Shown here: in pieces, positions 48,752 through 57,060 of the stretch
Numbering within the stretch: the stretch's first letter is position 1
Layout: every line of letters starts with the position of its first letter
NCBI GenBank assembly: GCA_033549305.1
Contig: JAWSUV010000001.1
Location: forward strand, 18,913-82,912
Direction of reading: 5' to 3'
Length of the DNA stretch: 64,000 nucleotides
Source: Bacillota bacterium
GTDB lineage: Bacteria; Bacillota; Clostridia; Peptostreptococcales; Tindalliaceae
Program-made: the position numbers and the translations under genes
Notes under the pieces: generated by a model
Database searches by the model: none
The model's input: only the letters and a program-made list of their open reading frames with translations
Told to the model about the DNA's origin: nothing

Positions 48752-48780
48752 AGTATACTAAAGAAGCGGTTAACAGGCAA
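48752..48780 (-). promoter_or_regulatory. candidate sigma-A promoter for fapR-plsX-rnc-smc-ftsY
   Basis: Minus strand reads TTGCCT-17 nt-TATACT. Confidence 0.45.
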
Positions 48781-48816
48781 GATAATCAACCGGTGTAGAT
48801 TTAAAGCAGCTTTCAT

Positions 48817-48848
48817 AAAAAAAAGCATCACCTTTAATCCGGCAATGC
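48817..48848 (-). terminator. intrinsic terminator downstream of rpmF
   Basis: Minus strand has an 8-bp stem GCATTGCC/GGTGATGC (two G-U pairs) with an 8-nt loop, followed by eight T residues. Confidence 0.65.
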
Positions 48849-48862
48849 TGTCTTCTGATGTA

Positions 48863-49042
48863 CTATTTAACATCAATGACTTCTTTTCCTTTGTAGTATC
48901 CACAATTCGTGCAAACCCTGTGAGAGACCTTCGGCTCATGGCACTGTGGACATTCTGAGGTGGTTGGTGCAACATACTTGGAATTTGATGCTCTTCTCAT
49001 ATCCCGATCGGATTTACTTGTTTTTCTTTTTGGCACTGGCAT
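48863..49042 (-). CDS. rpmF: 50S ribosomal protein L32
   Basis: Not in the ORF track (59 aa). Manual translation gives [66 protein letters not shown] Shine-Dalgarno 7 nt upstream. CxxC...CxxC zinc ribbon. Canonical position after ylbN. Confidence 0.95.
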   Translation of the reverse strand: MPVPKRKTSKSDRDMRRASNSKYVAPTTSECPQCHEPKVSHRVCTNCGYYKGKEVIDVK

Positions 49043-49054
49043 GGCGACACCTCC

Positions 49055-49588
49055 TTACTCATTTGCTTTCTGAATCCAATCTCGCAACTGCGCCAATCTT
49101 GGATCCAGTTCTTCTTCTCCGTTTTTATCCGGTTTACACTGACATGGTTCTTCATTGAGATTGCTGCCGCAAGTGGTGCAAATGCCTGCACAATTATCGC
49201 GGCAAAGCGTTTTTACCGGAAGATTGACCATTATCTGCTCCTGTGCATAGACCATCAGATCAATCTGGTGAGCTTCATAGAACAAGACATTGTCTTCCTG
49301 GTCGGTTTGACTCTCTTTTCCTGCAGGCAACAACTCGTCGAAATTTTTCAGCAGGACTTCCCGCTGCACTTCCTGCAGACAACGTGCACAGTGAGTCGTC
49401 ATGTGTGCAGCAATTTCGGATTCCAAATACATCTGATCACTGATTTTTTTTGCAGCACCTTTCACTTCAACAAGTGCTTCGAATGTAATGGTGTCACCAT
49501 AATAATCAATATCCGGCTGCTTAAAGTGAAACTGAAAGTCAAGTTCTTCGGTTTCATTTTTTATAAGCGGCTTTAAGTCAAGTTTCAC
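49055..49588 (-). CDS. ylbN: YceD/YlbN family protein (DUF177), large-subunit rRNA/L32 associated
   Basis: Acidic protein with CxxC...CxxC (CARCLQEV, CTTCGSN), immediately upstream of rpmF. The GTG start at 49588 lies 5 nt after GAGGTGG. The ORF-track ATG at 49609 coincides with the predicted transcription start. Confidence 0.85.
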   Translation of the reverse strand: MKLDLKPLIKNETEELDFQFHFKQPDIDYYGDTITFEALVEVKGAAKKISDQMYLESEIAAHMTTHCARCLQEVQREVLLKNFDELLPAGKESQTDQEDNVLFYEAHQIDLMVYAQEQIMVNLPVKTLCRDNCAGICTTCGSNLNEEPCQCKPDKNGEEELDPRLAQLRDWIQKANE

Positions 49589-49617
49589 ACAAACCACCTC
49601 TGTTTCCAATAGAAGAA

Positions 49618-49646
49618 ATTATATGTTTCCCGGAGTGATTTGTCAA
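49618..49646 (-). promoter_or_regulatory. consensus sigma-A promoter for ylbN-rpmF
   Basis: Minus strand reads TTGACA-17 nt-TATAAT, a perfect match to both hexamers with optimal spacing. Confidence 0.75.
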
Positions 49647-49676
49647 GCACTAATATCGTTGCAGTCTTGCATCTTC

Positions 49677-50873
49677 TTATGAAACCAGTGATTTTGTTTC
49701 CCGAGCAATCATCAGCTCTTCATTCGTCGGCATCAGAACAATCTTAACCGTGGAATCATCTGTACTGATGATGGCTTCTATGCCCCGCGTACCGTCATTC
49801 TTCTGGTCATCAATTGTGGCACCCATGAATGTTAATGTCTTACAGATTTCCTTTCGCGCGGTATCAGAATTTTCTCCCAGTCCCGCAGTAAAAACAATGG
49901 CATCCAGTCCACCCATTTCAGCAGCATAAGCGCCGATATATTTCGTGACGCGCATATTAAAAAATTCAAGGGCCGCTTTTGCTCTTTCATTTCCTTTTGA
50001 AGCTGCCTCTTCAATATCACGGAAATCACTGCTGATACCGGAAATGCCAAGTACGCCGGATTTTTTATTCAAAATGTTGTTGACTTCATTGATATCCAGA
50101 TTTTCCTTCTCCATTAAGAAGGAAATGATCGCGGGATCCAAATCTCCGCAGCGGGTCCCCATGGCCAAGCCTTCCAATGGAGTGAACCCCATGCTGGTAT
50201 CAACCGATTTTCCATTCTTCACAGCCGCCATGCTGGCACCATTTCCCAGGTGGCACGTGACAATTTTTAATGATTCAAACGGTTTACCCAGCAATTCTGC
50301 TGTTTTCATCGCAACGTATTTGTGTGATGTACCGTGGAAGCCATACTTTCGGACACGATATTTCTCGTAATATTCATATGGAAGTGCATAAAGATAGGAG
50401 GATTTTGGCATTGTCTGATGGAAGGCTGTATCAAAAACTCCCACCATGGGAACTGTCGGAAGAATTTCCTGGCAGGCGTAGATTCCCATCAGGTTTGGCG
50501 GATTATGAAGCGGGGCTAAATCGGAACATTCTTCCAGGGCATCAATGACTTCCTGCGTGATGATCACTGATCCTGAAAATTTTTCTCCGGCATGAACCAC
50601 ACGGTGTCCCACTGCATTGATTTCGTCCAAGGATTCCATTACCCCATAATTTTCATCCACCAGTGCATCAAGCACGACTTTGATGGCTTCTTTATGATTA
50701 TGCAGATCACCTTTGATGAGTTTCTTCTCTTTTCCAATCGGTTCATGTTTGACGAAGGAACCTTCAATACCAATTCGTTCTGCAATGCCTATTGCCAATA
50801 GTGATTCGGTTTCCATGTTGATAATTTGATACTTCAGGGACGAACTTCCGCAGTTTAACACCAATACTTTCAT
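49677..50873 (-). CDS. ackA: acetate kinase
   Basis: 398 aa with [23 protein letters not shown], and the GFHGTSH and HLGNGAS motifs. Confidence 0.97.
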   Translation of the reverse strand: MKVLVLNCGSSSLKYQIINMETESLLAIGIAERIGIEGSFVKHEPIGKEKKLIKGDLHNHKEAIKVVLDALVDENYGVMESLDEINAVGHRVVHAGEKFSGSVIITQEVIDALEECSDLAPLHNPPNLMGIYACQEILPTVPMVGVFDTAFHQTMPKSSYLYALPYEYYEKYRVRKYGFHGTSHKYVAMKTAELLGKPFESLKIVTCHLGNGASMAAVKNGKSVDTSMGFTPLEGLAMGTRCGDLDPAIISFLMEKENLDINEVNNILNKKSGVLGISGISSDFRDIEEAASKGNERAKAALEFFNMRVTKYIGAYAAEMGGLDAIVFTAGLGENSDTARKEICKTLTFMGATIDDQKNDGTRGIEAIISTDDSTVKIVLMPTNEELMIARETKSLVS

Positions 50874-50906
50874 TTAGAACCCTCCTGTAGTTTGAATAAG
50901 ATTGAT

Positions 50907-50935
50907 TTTCTACTTCCCGCATGCTAACATGTCAA
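50907..50935 (-). promoter_or_regulatory. candidate sigma-A promoter for ackA
   Basis: Minus strand reads TTGACA-17 nt-TAGAAA, about 35 nt upstream of the ackA ATG. Confidence 0.5.
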
Positions 50936-51062
50936 TCATAATAAACTTTTAACAATTTTTCAAGTGTTGTTGCCGAACTATCACAAAACAAAGCCCTTTT
51001 TTGTTGTTTTTATCATGCTAAGCTGCCATATCCATGATTGATGCCTTCGAAAGGCGGTTTTT

Positions 51063-52322
51063 ATGATGAAAGTCCTGGGTCTGATTGTCGAATACAATCC
51101 ATTCCACCATGGCCATTTTTATCATCTCACACAATCGAAAATGTTGACAGGAGCCGATTATTCAGTGGCAGTCATGAGCGGCCATTTCATGCAGCGAGGC
51201 GAACCGGCGGTCACCGATAAATGGACCCGCGCTGCGATGGCGGTTTCCTGCGGTGTCGATCTGGTACTTGAACTCCCTGCTATCTATGCTTGTTCCAGTG
51301 CTGATTTCTTTGCCCGGGGAAGTGTGTTGCTTCTGGATCAACTTGGTTGTGTAACGGACCTGTGCTTTGGGAGTGAAGCGGGCTCACTCTCAGCTCTCGA
51401 AATTGCTAGTGAATTGATGGCGCATCCGCCGGCAGCTTATGATCAGCATCTGAGGAAGGCACTTGAAAAGGGCTTGCCCTATGCTGCTGCTCAGGAATCT
51501 GCTTTGCTTCATGTCCTGCGAAAGTCTTCCTCCCAGACGAAGGATGCCGTTGCAAAAGTGTTTAATCAACCAAATAATATTCTTGGCCTTGCATATTTAA
51601 AGCATCTAAAAGTTGTTAATAGTACCATTCAGCCCCACACTATCCAACGAATAGGAGCCGGTTACCTTGAGAAGCAGCTGCACTATCTGGTCAGCAGTGC
51701 CACCGGGATTCGGCATCAGTATGAGTTTTCCGGTAATTTAAATTCTGTTAGGAACTCCATGCCCGAGAAAGCCTATGCCATTATGGCAAAAGGGATTGAA
51801 ACCGGCAGAGGACCAGTTTTTCTGAAAGATTTTGAATCCACCATTATGATTTTGTTAAAGCGTTCCTCCATATCTGAATTATCCCGGCTGCCTCACGTTA
51901 CCGAAGGCCTTGAAAACCGTATTTTGTCCTGCATTCAACGCACCGGATCTATCAGTGAATTTATAAACTGTGTTAAAAATAAACGGGTGCCATACACCCG
52001 TTTACAAAGAATGCTGATACATTTACTATTAAACATCCGTCATCCCATGGCCAGTGATTGGTATTACCATCATAAACCACCCTATGCCCGCATTCTTGCT
52101 TTTAATGACCGCGGACGCCAATTGATTCGCCTTTGTCAGAAAAAAGCTTCAATCCCGCTCATTAACAAGACCGCCTCGTTTAGAGCTGACACTTCAACCA
52201 TAAGAGATCTTCTATTATTGGATTACCGGGCCAGCCGCATTTATGGAAGTGTCCTTCCACATCCCAGTCTCCGATTGGGAGAACCTGATCTGGTCAACAG
52301 CCCTGTCTATGTAACTGGTTAA
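51063..52322 (+). CDS. tmcAL: tRNA(Met) cytidine acetate ligase TmcAL (YlbM, nucleotidyltransferase superfamily)
   Basis: 419 aa with N-terminal GLIVEYNPFHHGHFYHL (HxGH) typical of the YlbM/UPF0348 family. One of only two plus-strand genes in the window. Confidence 0.85.
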   Translation: MMKVLGLIVEYNPFHHGHFYHLTQSKMLTGADYSVAVMSGHFMQRGEPAVTDKWTRAAMAVSCGVDLVLELPAIYACSSADFFARGSVLLLDQLGCVTDLCFGSEAGSLSALEIASELMAHPPAAYDQHLRKALEKGLPYAAAQESALLHVLRKSSSQTKDAVAKVFNQPNNILGLAYLKHLKVVNSTIQPHTIQRIGAGYLEKQLHYLVSSATGIRHQYEFSGNLNSVRNSMPEKAYAIMAKGIETGRGPVFLKDFESTIMILLKRSSISELSRLPHVTEGLENRILSCIQRTGSISEFINCVKNKRVPYTRLQRMLIHLLLNIRHPMASDWYYHHKPPYARILAFNDRGRQLIRLCQKKASIPLINKTASFRADTSTIRDLLLLDYRASRIYGSVLPHPSLRLGEPDLVNSPVYVTG

Positions 52323-52369
52323 AGGACATACTAAAATTCCGAGCACCTAAACAACGCACATTCGAAACC

Positions 52370-52387
52370 CAGTCAAACACCTGACTG
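52370..52387. terminator. short hairpin between the convergent tmcAL and the coiled-coil ORF
   Basis: CAGTCA-aacacc-TGACTG (6 bp). U tracts are weak on both strands. Confidence 0.3.
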
Positions 52388-52396
52388 AATTTCGCC

Positions 52397-52855
52397 TTAT
52401 TGACTGGATCGATTCATCTGTTTGAGCTCATTACGGTTTTCTTCAATGGTTAGCAGGATTTCTTTTAGTGTTTCTCCCGTTTGCTCCAGCAACTCATCCG
52501 TATAATCACGGGCGCTTATGCGCATATCGCGCGCGCCATGTTGTGCCTGCAGAATAATTTCTTCTGCCTTTTGACGGGCCATTTGAACAATTTCATCCTG
52601 ATCAACCAATACTTCAGCATGGTTTTTGGCTTCCTGAATGATTTGTTCTCCTTCCTGCTGGGCCTCTGATAAGATCCGCTGCCGCTCTTCTTTAATCCAA
52701 AGTGCCTGTTTCATTTCATCCGGCAGATGAATCCGAATTTCCTTAATGATCTCTAATAACTCGGCCTGGTCAACCATCACTTTGCTGAAAAATGGGATTG
52801 TCGATCCGCTTTCAATCAAATCTTCCAACTCTTCCAGCAATTGCAGCACATCCAT
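52397..52855 (-). CDS. hypothetical coiled-coil protein (ATPase subunit b/H-like heptad repeats), function unknown
   Basis: 152 aa. Acidic N-terminus MDVLQLLEELEDLIESG, then a long Glu/Gln/Ala-rich helix (EAQQEGEQIIQEAKNHAE...QKAEEIILQAQ). GGGGAGGT Shine-Dalgarno 6 nt upstream. It follows coaD in the same operon. Confidence 0.7.
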   Translation of the reverse strand: MDVLQLLEELEDLIESGSTIPFFSKVMVDQAELLEIIKEIRIHLPDEMKQALWIKEERQRILSEAQQEGEQIIQEAKNHAEVLVDQDEIVQMARQKAEEIILQAQHGARDMRISARDYTDELLEQTGETLKEILLTIEENRNELKQMNRSSQ

Positions 52856-52877
52856 GTAATAACCTCCCCGTCATTAT

Positions 52878-53360
52878 TTAACCTTGTTGATATTTTCGGA
52901 TGATTGCTCTTTCAACACTTTCCGGTACTAATCCGGTTATGCATCCATTTAGTTTTGCAACTTCTTTTACGAGGCTGGAACTAAGAAATGAATTTCGGCT
53001 CTGCGTCATAAGAAACAGGGTTTCTACTTTCCTGTTTAGCTTTCGATTCATCAAAGCCATCTGAAACTCATATTCAAAATCCGAGACTGCTCTTAACCCT
53101 TTAATAATCACCTGCGCATTCTGTTCGTCGGCAAAATCGACCAAAAGGCCGGAATATTGACTGACAGTGACATTTTGGAATTTTGACGTTACATCCCGAA
53201 CCATTGCAACCCTTTCTTCCAGTGTAAACAAGGGTGATTTGGTTATGTTGGGAAGCACTGTGACAACCACCTCGTCGCACAATCGGGAAGCACGTTCAAT
53301 AATATCAAGGTGTCCGTTGGTTATGGGATCGAAACTGCCAGGATATATGGCTTTAATCAT
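52878..53360 (-). CDS. coaD: phosphopantetheine adenylyltransferase
   Basis: 160 aa with YPGSFDPITNGHLDI (T/HxGH) and ISSSLVKE. Confidence 0.97.
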   Translation of the reverse strand: MIKAIYPGSFDPITNGHLDIIERASRLCDEVVVTVLPNITKSPLFTLEERVAMVRDVTSKFQNVTVSQYSGLLVDFADEQNAQVIIKGLRAVSDFEYEFQMALMNRKLNRKVETLFLMTQSRNSFLSSSLVKEVAKLNGCITGLVPESVERAIIRKYQQG

Positions 53361-53921
53361 CTATGATTCCTCCGTCCGGCGATAATAAGCAATTCCGGTT
53401 GATCCATAACGTTTAACATTAGTCTGACGAATATCGCCTATCTGTTTGGGCAGTTCCTCTTTCATATTGAATTCAACAACGATGATTCCGCCTGGCAGTA
53501 AAATTCCTTTGTGATCCAGTTGCTCCAGCGTCTGTATAATGAGTCCTGCGGCATAAGGCGGATCCATAAATACAATATCCACCCGAATGTCGTTTTCTGC
53601 CAAATGCGTGATGGCTGTTTCAGCGTCTTGGCACATCAGGATTGCCTGGTTCGCTAAATGGGTTTTCTCCAAGTTTTCTTTTATTAGCTTGATTTGGACT
53701 GATGATCGATCCACGAAAAATGCTTTGCGGGCATAACGCGACAGAGCTTCAATCCCCAAAGTGCCTGCGCCTGCAAACAGGTCCAGGACCACTGTATCGG
53801 GTATATCCCTCTGGACCGAGCTAAAAATTGCTTCCCGCACTCTGTCAGACGTGGGTCTCACATCATTTCCTTTCGGTGAACTTAAACGGTGTCCTTTTGC
53901 TTTTCCACCTATTACGCGCAT
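53361..53921 (-). CDS. rsmD: 16S rRNA (guanine966-N2)-methyltransferase RsmD
   Basis: 186 aa with SAM motif LDLFAGAGTLGIEALS and catalytic DPPY. Abuts coaD with no gap. Confidence 0.92.
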   Translation of the reverse strand: MRVIGGKAKGHRLSSPKGNDVRPTSDRVREAIFSSVQRDIPDTVVLDLFAGAGTLGIEALSRYARKAFFVDRSSVQIKLIKENLEKTHLANQAILMCQDAETAITHLAENDIRVDIVFMDPPYAAGLIIQTLEQLDHKGILLPGGIIVVEFNMKEELPKQIGDIRQTNVKRYGSTGIAYYRRTEES

Positions 53922-53942
53922 CGCCGATCCATCCTTATGTGT

Positions 53943-55571
53943 CTATTCCAGCGAGAAAATATAGTAATACAATGGCTGTCCACCATAATAGACTTCAACT
54001 TCAAGATCCGGATATATCTCAGTTAACTTCTCCTCCAGATCAATGGCCATAAATTCACTTATTTCTTCGCCATAATACACCGTCAGTATTTCATCACCTT
54101 CTCTGACCATTTTCCCGACCAGATCGAGCGATACCTGCGTAACATCCTTGCCTGCTGCCAGGATTTCTTTGTCAGCCAGGCCAATCATGGCTCCCTTTTG
54201 AATGGCTAGGCCATTCATTTCCGTATCCCTGACAGCAAAAGTTACCTGCCCGGTTCGCACCACGCCAATGGCCTGATTCATGGCCGTTTCGTTGTCTTCG
54301 ACAGCCGCCTCCGGGTTAAACGCCAGTACAGCTGAAATTCCCTGGGGAACCGTTTTTGTCGGGATCACAGTGATTGCCTTCGTGCTGAGCGCTTTTGCCT
54401 GGTTTGCCGCCATGATGATATTGCCGTTGTTTGGCATAATAAAGATATGATGCGCATTAATTTTATCAATGGCATTCATGAAGTCCTCCGTACTGGGATT
54501 CATGGTTTGGCCGCCTTCAATCACAACGTCCACCGTAAAATCCTGGAATATTTTAGAAATGCCTTCTCCCATAGCAACAGTAATCATGCCATAAGATTGA
54601 GTTTCCTCCGAAGGATCAGCTTTGAATCCGGTTTCCGACTTTTCATGAAATACTTTGTGTCGGTGCTGCAACCGCATGTTATCGATTTTGATATCACTGA
54701 GATATCCCACTTTCAGTGCTTCCTCCATCACTTTGCCCGGGTGATTGGTATGGATATGAACCTTAATGACCTCATCATTCCCCACTACCAGCATCGAATC
54801 GCCATATATCTCAATCTTATCCCGGTATTGTTCAAGCTGATTATCGGACCCGTGAATAATAAACTCTGTACAGTATCCATACTCCAGAGATGCATTTTGA
54901 TGCAGTTCATCGATCGTTTGAATGATCGAAGCGGTTTCAACAGGAACTATTTCTTTGCCAGTCAGTCCATTATACGCACCTTCCAGAATCGATACCAGTC
55001 CTTTCCCTCCGGAGTCCACAACACCCGCATCTTTCAACACTTTCAACAGATCCGGAGTGCGGATCAGCGATTCGTTTGCTTCTTGTATGACCAGCTGCAA
55101 AAATTGATCCATGTTATGAACAGATTGAGCCACTTCCATCGCCTTTTCAGCACTTTCACGGGCCACAGTGAGAATGGTTCCTTCTGTAGGTTTCATGACC
55201 GCTTTATAAGCAGTATCAGAAGCTCTTTTCATGGCAAAGGCCAAATCCATTGTGGTTAACTGTTCTTTGCCAGCAATATCTTTGGCAAATCCTCGAAATA
55301 ATTGTGATAAGATGACACCAGAGTTGCCCCGGGCACCCATCAAAGATCCATTTGCCGCCATCTCCATCAGCTTATCCAGTCGCTCCGTCCCCGTTTTACC
55401 GGCTTCCCGAAGGGCTGCATCCATGGTGAGGGCCATATTTGTGCCTGTATCACCATCAGGGACTGGAAATACATTAAGCGCATTGATAACATCCTTATGT
55501 TCATGCAGGTTTTGGCTGGCAGCCGCGAGCATTCTTTTCAGCATTTTACCATCGATGATTTCTTTGTTCAA
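53943..55571 (-). CDS. yloV: DAK2 domain-containing protein YloV (Dak phosphatase-like + DegV-like C-terminal domain)
   Basis: 542 aa. N-terminal Dak2 motif VFPVPDGDTGTNM. Conserved partner of the upstream Asp23 gene. Confidence 0.88.
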   Translation of the reverse strand: MNKEIIDGKMLKRMLAAASQNLHEHKDVINALNVFPVPDGDTGTNMALTMDAALREAGKTGTERLDKLMEMAANGSLMGARGNSGVILSQLFRGFAKDIAGKEQLTTMDLAFAMKRASDTAYKAVMKPTEGTILTVARESAEKAMEVAQSVHNMDQFLQLVIQEANESLIRTPDLLKVLKDAGVVDSGGKGLVSILEGAYNGLTGKEIVPVETASIIQTIDELHQNASLEYGYCTEFIIHGSDNQLEQYRDKIEIYGDSMLVVGNDEVIKVHIHTNHPGKVMEEALKVGYLSDIKIDNMRLQHRHKVFHEKSETGFKADPSEETQSYGMITVAMGEGISKIFQDFTVDVVIEGGQTMNPSTEDFMNAIDKINAHHIFIMPNNGNIIMAANQAKALSTKAITVIPTKTVPQGISAVLAFNPEAAVEDNETAMNQAIGVVRTGQVTFAVRDTEMNGLAIQKGAMIGLADKEILAAGKDVTQVSLDLVGKMVREGDEILTVYYGEEISEFMAIDLEEKLTEIYPDLEVEVYYGGQPLYYYIFSLE

Positions 55572-55589
55572 AGGGGCTACCTCCTTCTG

Positions 55590-55946
55590 TTACTTTTGCA
55601 CGCGAACGCCCTGGATCGTGACATTCACTTTATTCACTGCCATGCCTGTCAGGGATTCAATGCTGTACTTCACTTTTTCGATAATATTGTTGGCAACCAC
55701 TGAAATCCGTGTCCCAAACTCAACAATCACATAAAGCTCAATGGAAATTTCATTTTCATTGGTGTGGACCCTGACACCTTTACTGGACTGTTCTCTGCGC
55801 AGCAGTTCCACAAGCCCGCCAGCCGATGATCGGGCCACCATGCCGACAACGCCATAGCACTCCATCGTAGAAAGCCCTGCAATTGAAGCGAGCACATGAT
55901 CATCAATAATGGTTGTCCCGTACTTGTTAATCAGTTTGCCAGGCAT
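55590..55946 (-). CDS. yloU: Asp23/Gls24 family envelope stress protein YloU
   Basis: 118 aa with Asp23-family features (DHVLASIAG, ECYGVVGM, V.V.V.I). Confidence 0.88.
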   Translation of the reverse strand: MPGKLINKYGTTIIDDHVLASIAGLSTMECYGVVGMVARSSAGGLVELLRREQSSKGVRVHTNENEISIELYVIVEFGTRISVVANNIIEKVKYSIESLTGMAVNKVNVTIQGVRVQK

Positions 55947-56027
55947 TGTTGTACCTCCTTCAACTTATTGTCACTCATTAATGGACTGTGTATGTACTCA
56001 TTCCGAATTCTTATTAATATCCGTTCT

Positions 56028-56056
56028 ATTATATCACAGCTATCTCGGTTTGTTCA
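56028..56056 (-). promoter_or_regulatory. candidate promoter for yloU-yloV-rsmD-coaD
   Basis: Minus strand reads TGAACA-17 nt-TATAAT with TGA upstream of the -10 (extended -10). Confidence 0.5.
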
Positions 56057-56088
56057 CTTCATTCAGAAAAAAGGATCAGGATGCCGTA

Positions 56089-56117
56089 TTGCAAAGTAAC
56101 CGGTTATGTGATAATAT
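56089..56117 (+). promoter_or_regulatory. candidate promoter for rpmB
   Basis: Plus strand reads TTGCAA-17 nt-TAATAT with TGA upstream of the -10, about 45 nt before the rpmB ATG. Confidence 0.55.
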
Positions 56118-56162
56118 ACTAATGTTTTCAAGTTTGACCTTGCTTAAAGGAGGTGTTTCAAC

Positions 56163-56354
56163 ATGGCAAGAACATGCTACGTCTGCAATAAAGGTAAAGT
56201 CTTCGGCAATCAAGTCAGTCACTCCAACCGACACAACAAAAGAACCTGGCTGCCAAACCTCAGAAGAGTGAAAGCTGTGATTGATGGGACTCCCCAAAGA
56301 ATCAATGTTTGTACCAGATGCCTCCGATCAGGGAAAGTGGAGCGTGCTTTATAA
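56163..56354 (+). CDS. rpmB: 50S ribosomal protein L28
   Basis: 63 aa: MARTCYVCNKGKVFGNQVSHSNRHNKRTWLPNLRRVK. AAAGGAGGTG Shine-Dalgarno upstream. Confidence 0.97.
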   Translation: MARTCYVCNKGKVFGNQVSHSNRHNKRTWLPNLRRVKAVIDGTPQRINVCTRCLRSGKVERAL

Positions 56355-56370
56355 TTCTTTTCTCATAATA

Positions 56371-56406
56371 AAAGCCTCTCATGAGATCATCAAGAGGCTT
56401 TTTTTA
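56371..56406. terminator. bidirectional intrinsic terminator shared by rpmB (+) and thiN (-)
   Basis: 9-bp stem AAAGCCTCT/AGAGGCTTT with a 13-nt loop. TTTTTTATTT follows on the plus strand and TTTATTAT on the minus strand. It overlaps the thiN stop codon. Confidence 0.75.
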
Positions 56407-57054
56407 TTTGTTTCGAATAGCTGCCAGCAGCCCCTGTTCCACTTCGACCTCCTGAAAATCTTCAGCTACCACATTGCTGAGACAGCGGCTGCTGCCCATA
56501 TGAATGGATTCGTGTGTTACAGAGTATTCAAATCCCCTCAGTGTCACTCCTTTTACCACCTCTGAAATGGGAATAAAAGAAACGGTCTCTCCCTTTATCC
56601 ACGACAATCTCATGAAGGAGCTGATTAACCTTACTTCTGTTTCGGCCTCATCAATCAGCCCTTCACAGCCTTCGTCCATGATCATTTTTAACAGATAAAG
56701 ATTTCCGAGACTGTGATCCATCCGGCTGCCAAATGAACCAGTCATTGTGACAGAGACAGACCCTTGATCCAGCGCATATCTAACGGCGATCTCGGTGTCC
56801 GTAAAATCTTTTCGGGTATCATATTGAATCACTGGTATGTCATTTGTACGAATCCAGTGAAGATCCCCCGAAATAATTGAATCCAGATCACCTACCACAA
56901 CAGTTGGGAATACATCAATTTTCCGTAGATACCTTACTGCCCCATCCGCGCAGATAATGTGCTGATGCTTCAGACAGAGTTGATGCAGGTGCTTCAGCGA
57001 ATGAATCATTCCATTTGTCACAACCAGGCTTTTCATCCCATTCGCCCCCATCAC
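56404..57054 (-). CDS. thiN: thiamine diphosphokinase
   Basis: TPK family (ICADGA, VVGDLDS, C-terminal thiamine-binding domain). The start is uncertain (GTG 57054, ATG 57051 or ATG 57036) and none has a strong Shine-Dalgarno. Confidence 0.85.
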   Translation of the reverse strand: MMGANGMKSLVVTNGMIHSLKHLHQLCLKHQHIICADGAVRYLRKIDVFPTVVVGDLDSIISGDLHWIRTNDIPVIQYDTRKDFTDTEIAVRYALDQGSVSVTMTGSFGSRMDHSLGNLYLLKMIMDEGCEGLIDEAETEVRLISSFMRLSWIKGETVSFIPISEVVKGVTLRGFEYSVTHESIHMGSSRCLSNVVAEDFQEVEVEQGLLAAIRNK

Positions 57055-57060
57055 ATATGC

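Noticed and set aside
48715-49191. ORF-track minus-strand ORFs 48715-48975 (86 aa) and 48997-49191 (64 aa).
   Set aside because: Both are out of frame with the genuine rpmF (48863-49042) and ylbN. The first also runs through the rpmF terminator and the fapR promoter and operator.
50249-50264. CACGTG-centred sequence resembling the core of a parS site, inside ackA.
   Set aside because: The flanks match the TGTTCCACGTGAAACA consensus at only 4 of 10 positions, so it is not a parS site.
54447-55259. 270-aa plus-strand ORF inside the DAK2 (yloV) gene.
   Set aside because: It is antisense to a strongly supported conserved gene. The composition (His/Phe/Asn/Arg-rich) is typical of reverse-frame translation. 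No initiation signals are present.
55909-56271. 120-aa plus-strand ORF running from inside yloU through the divergent promoter region into rpmB.
   Set aside because: It is out of frame with rpmB, crosses both predicted promoters and has no Shine-Dalgarno. rpmB itself has a textbook Shine-Dalgarno and sequence.
56595-56603. DnaA-box-like TTATCCACG.
   Set aside because: It is a single 8/9 match inside the thiN coding region. There is no cluster, no AT-rich unwinding element, and no dnaA or dnaN nearby.
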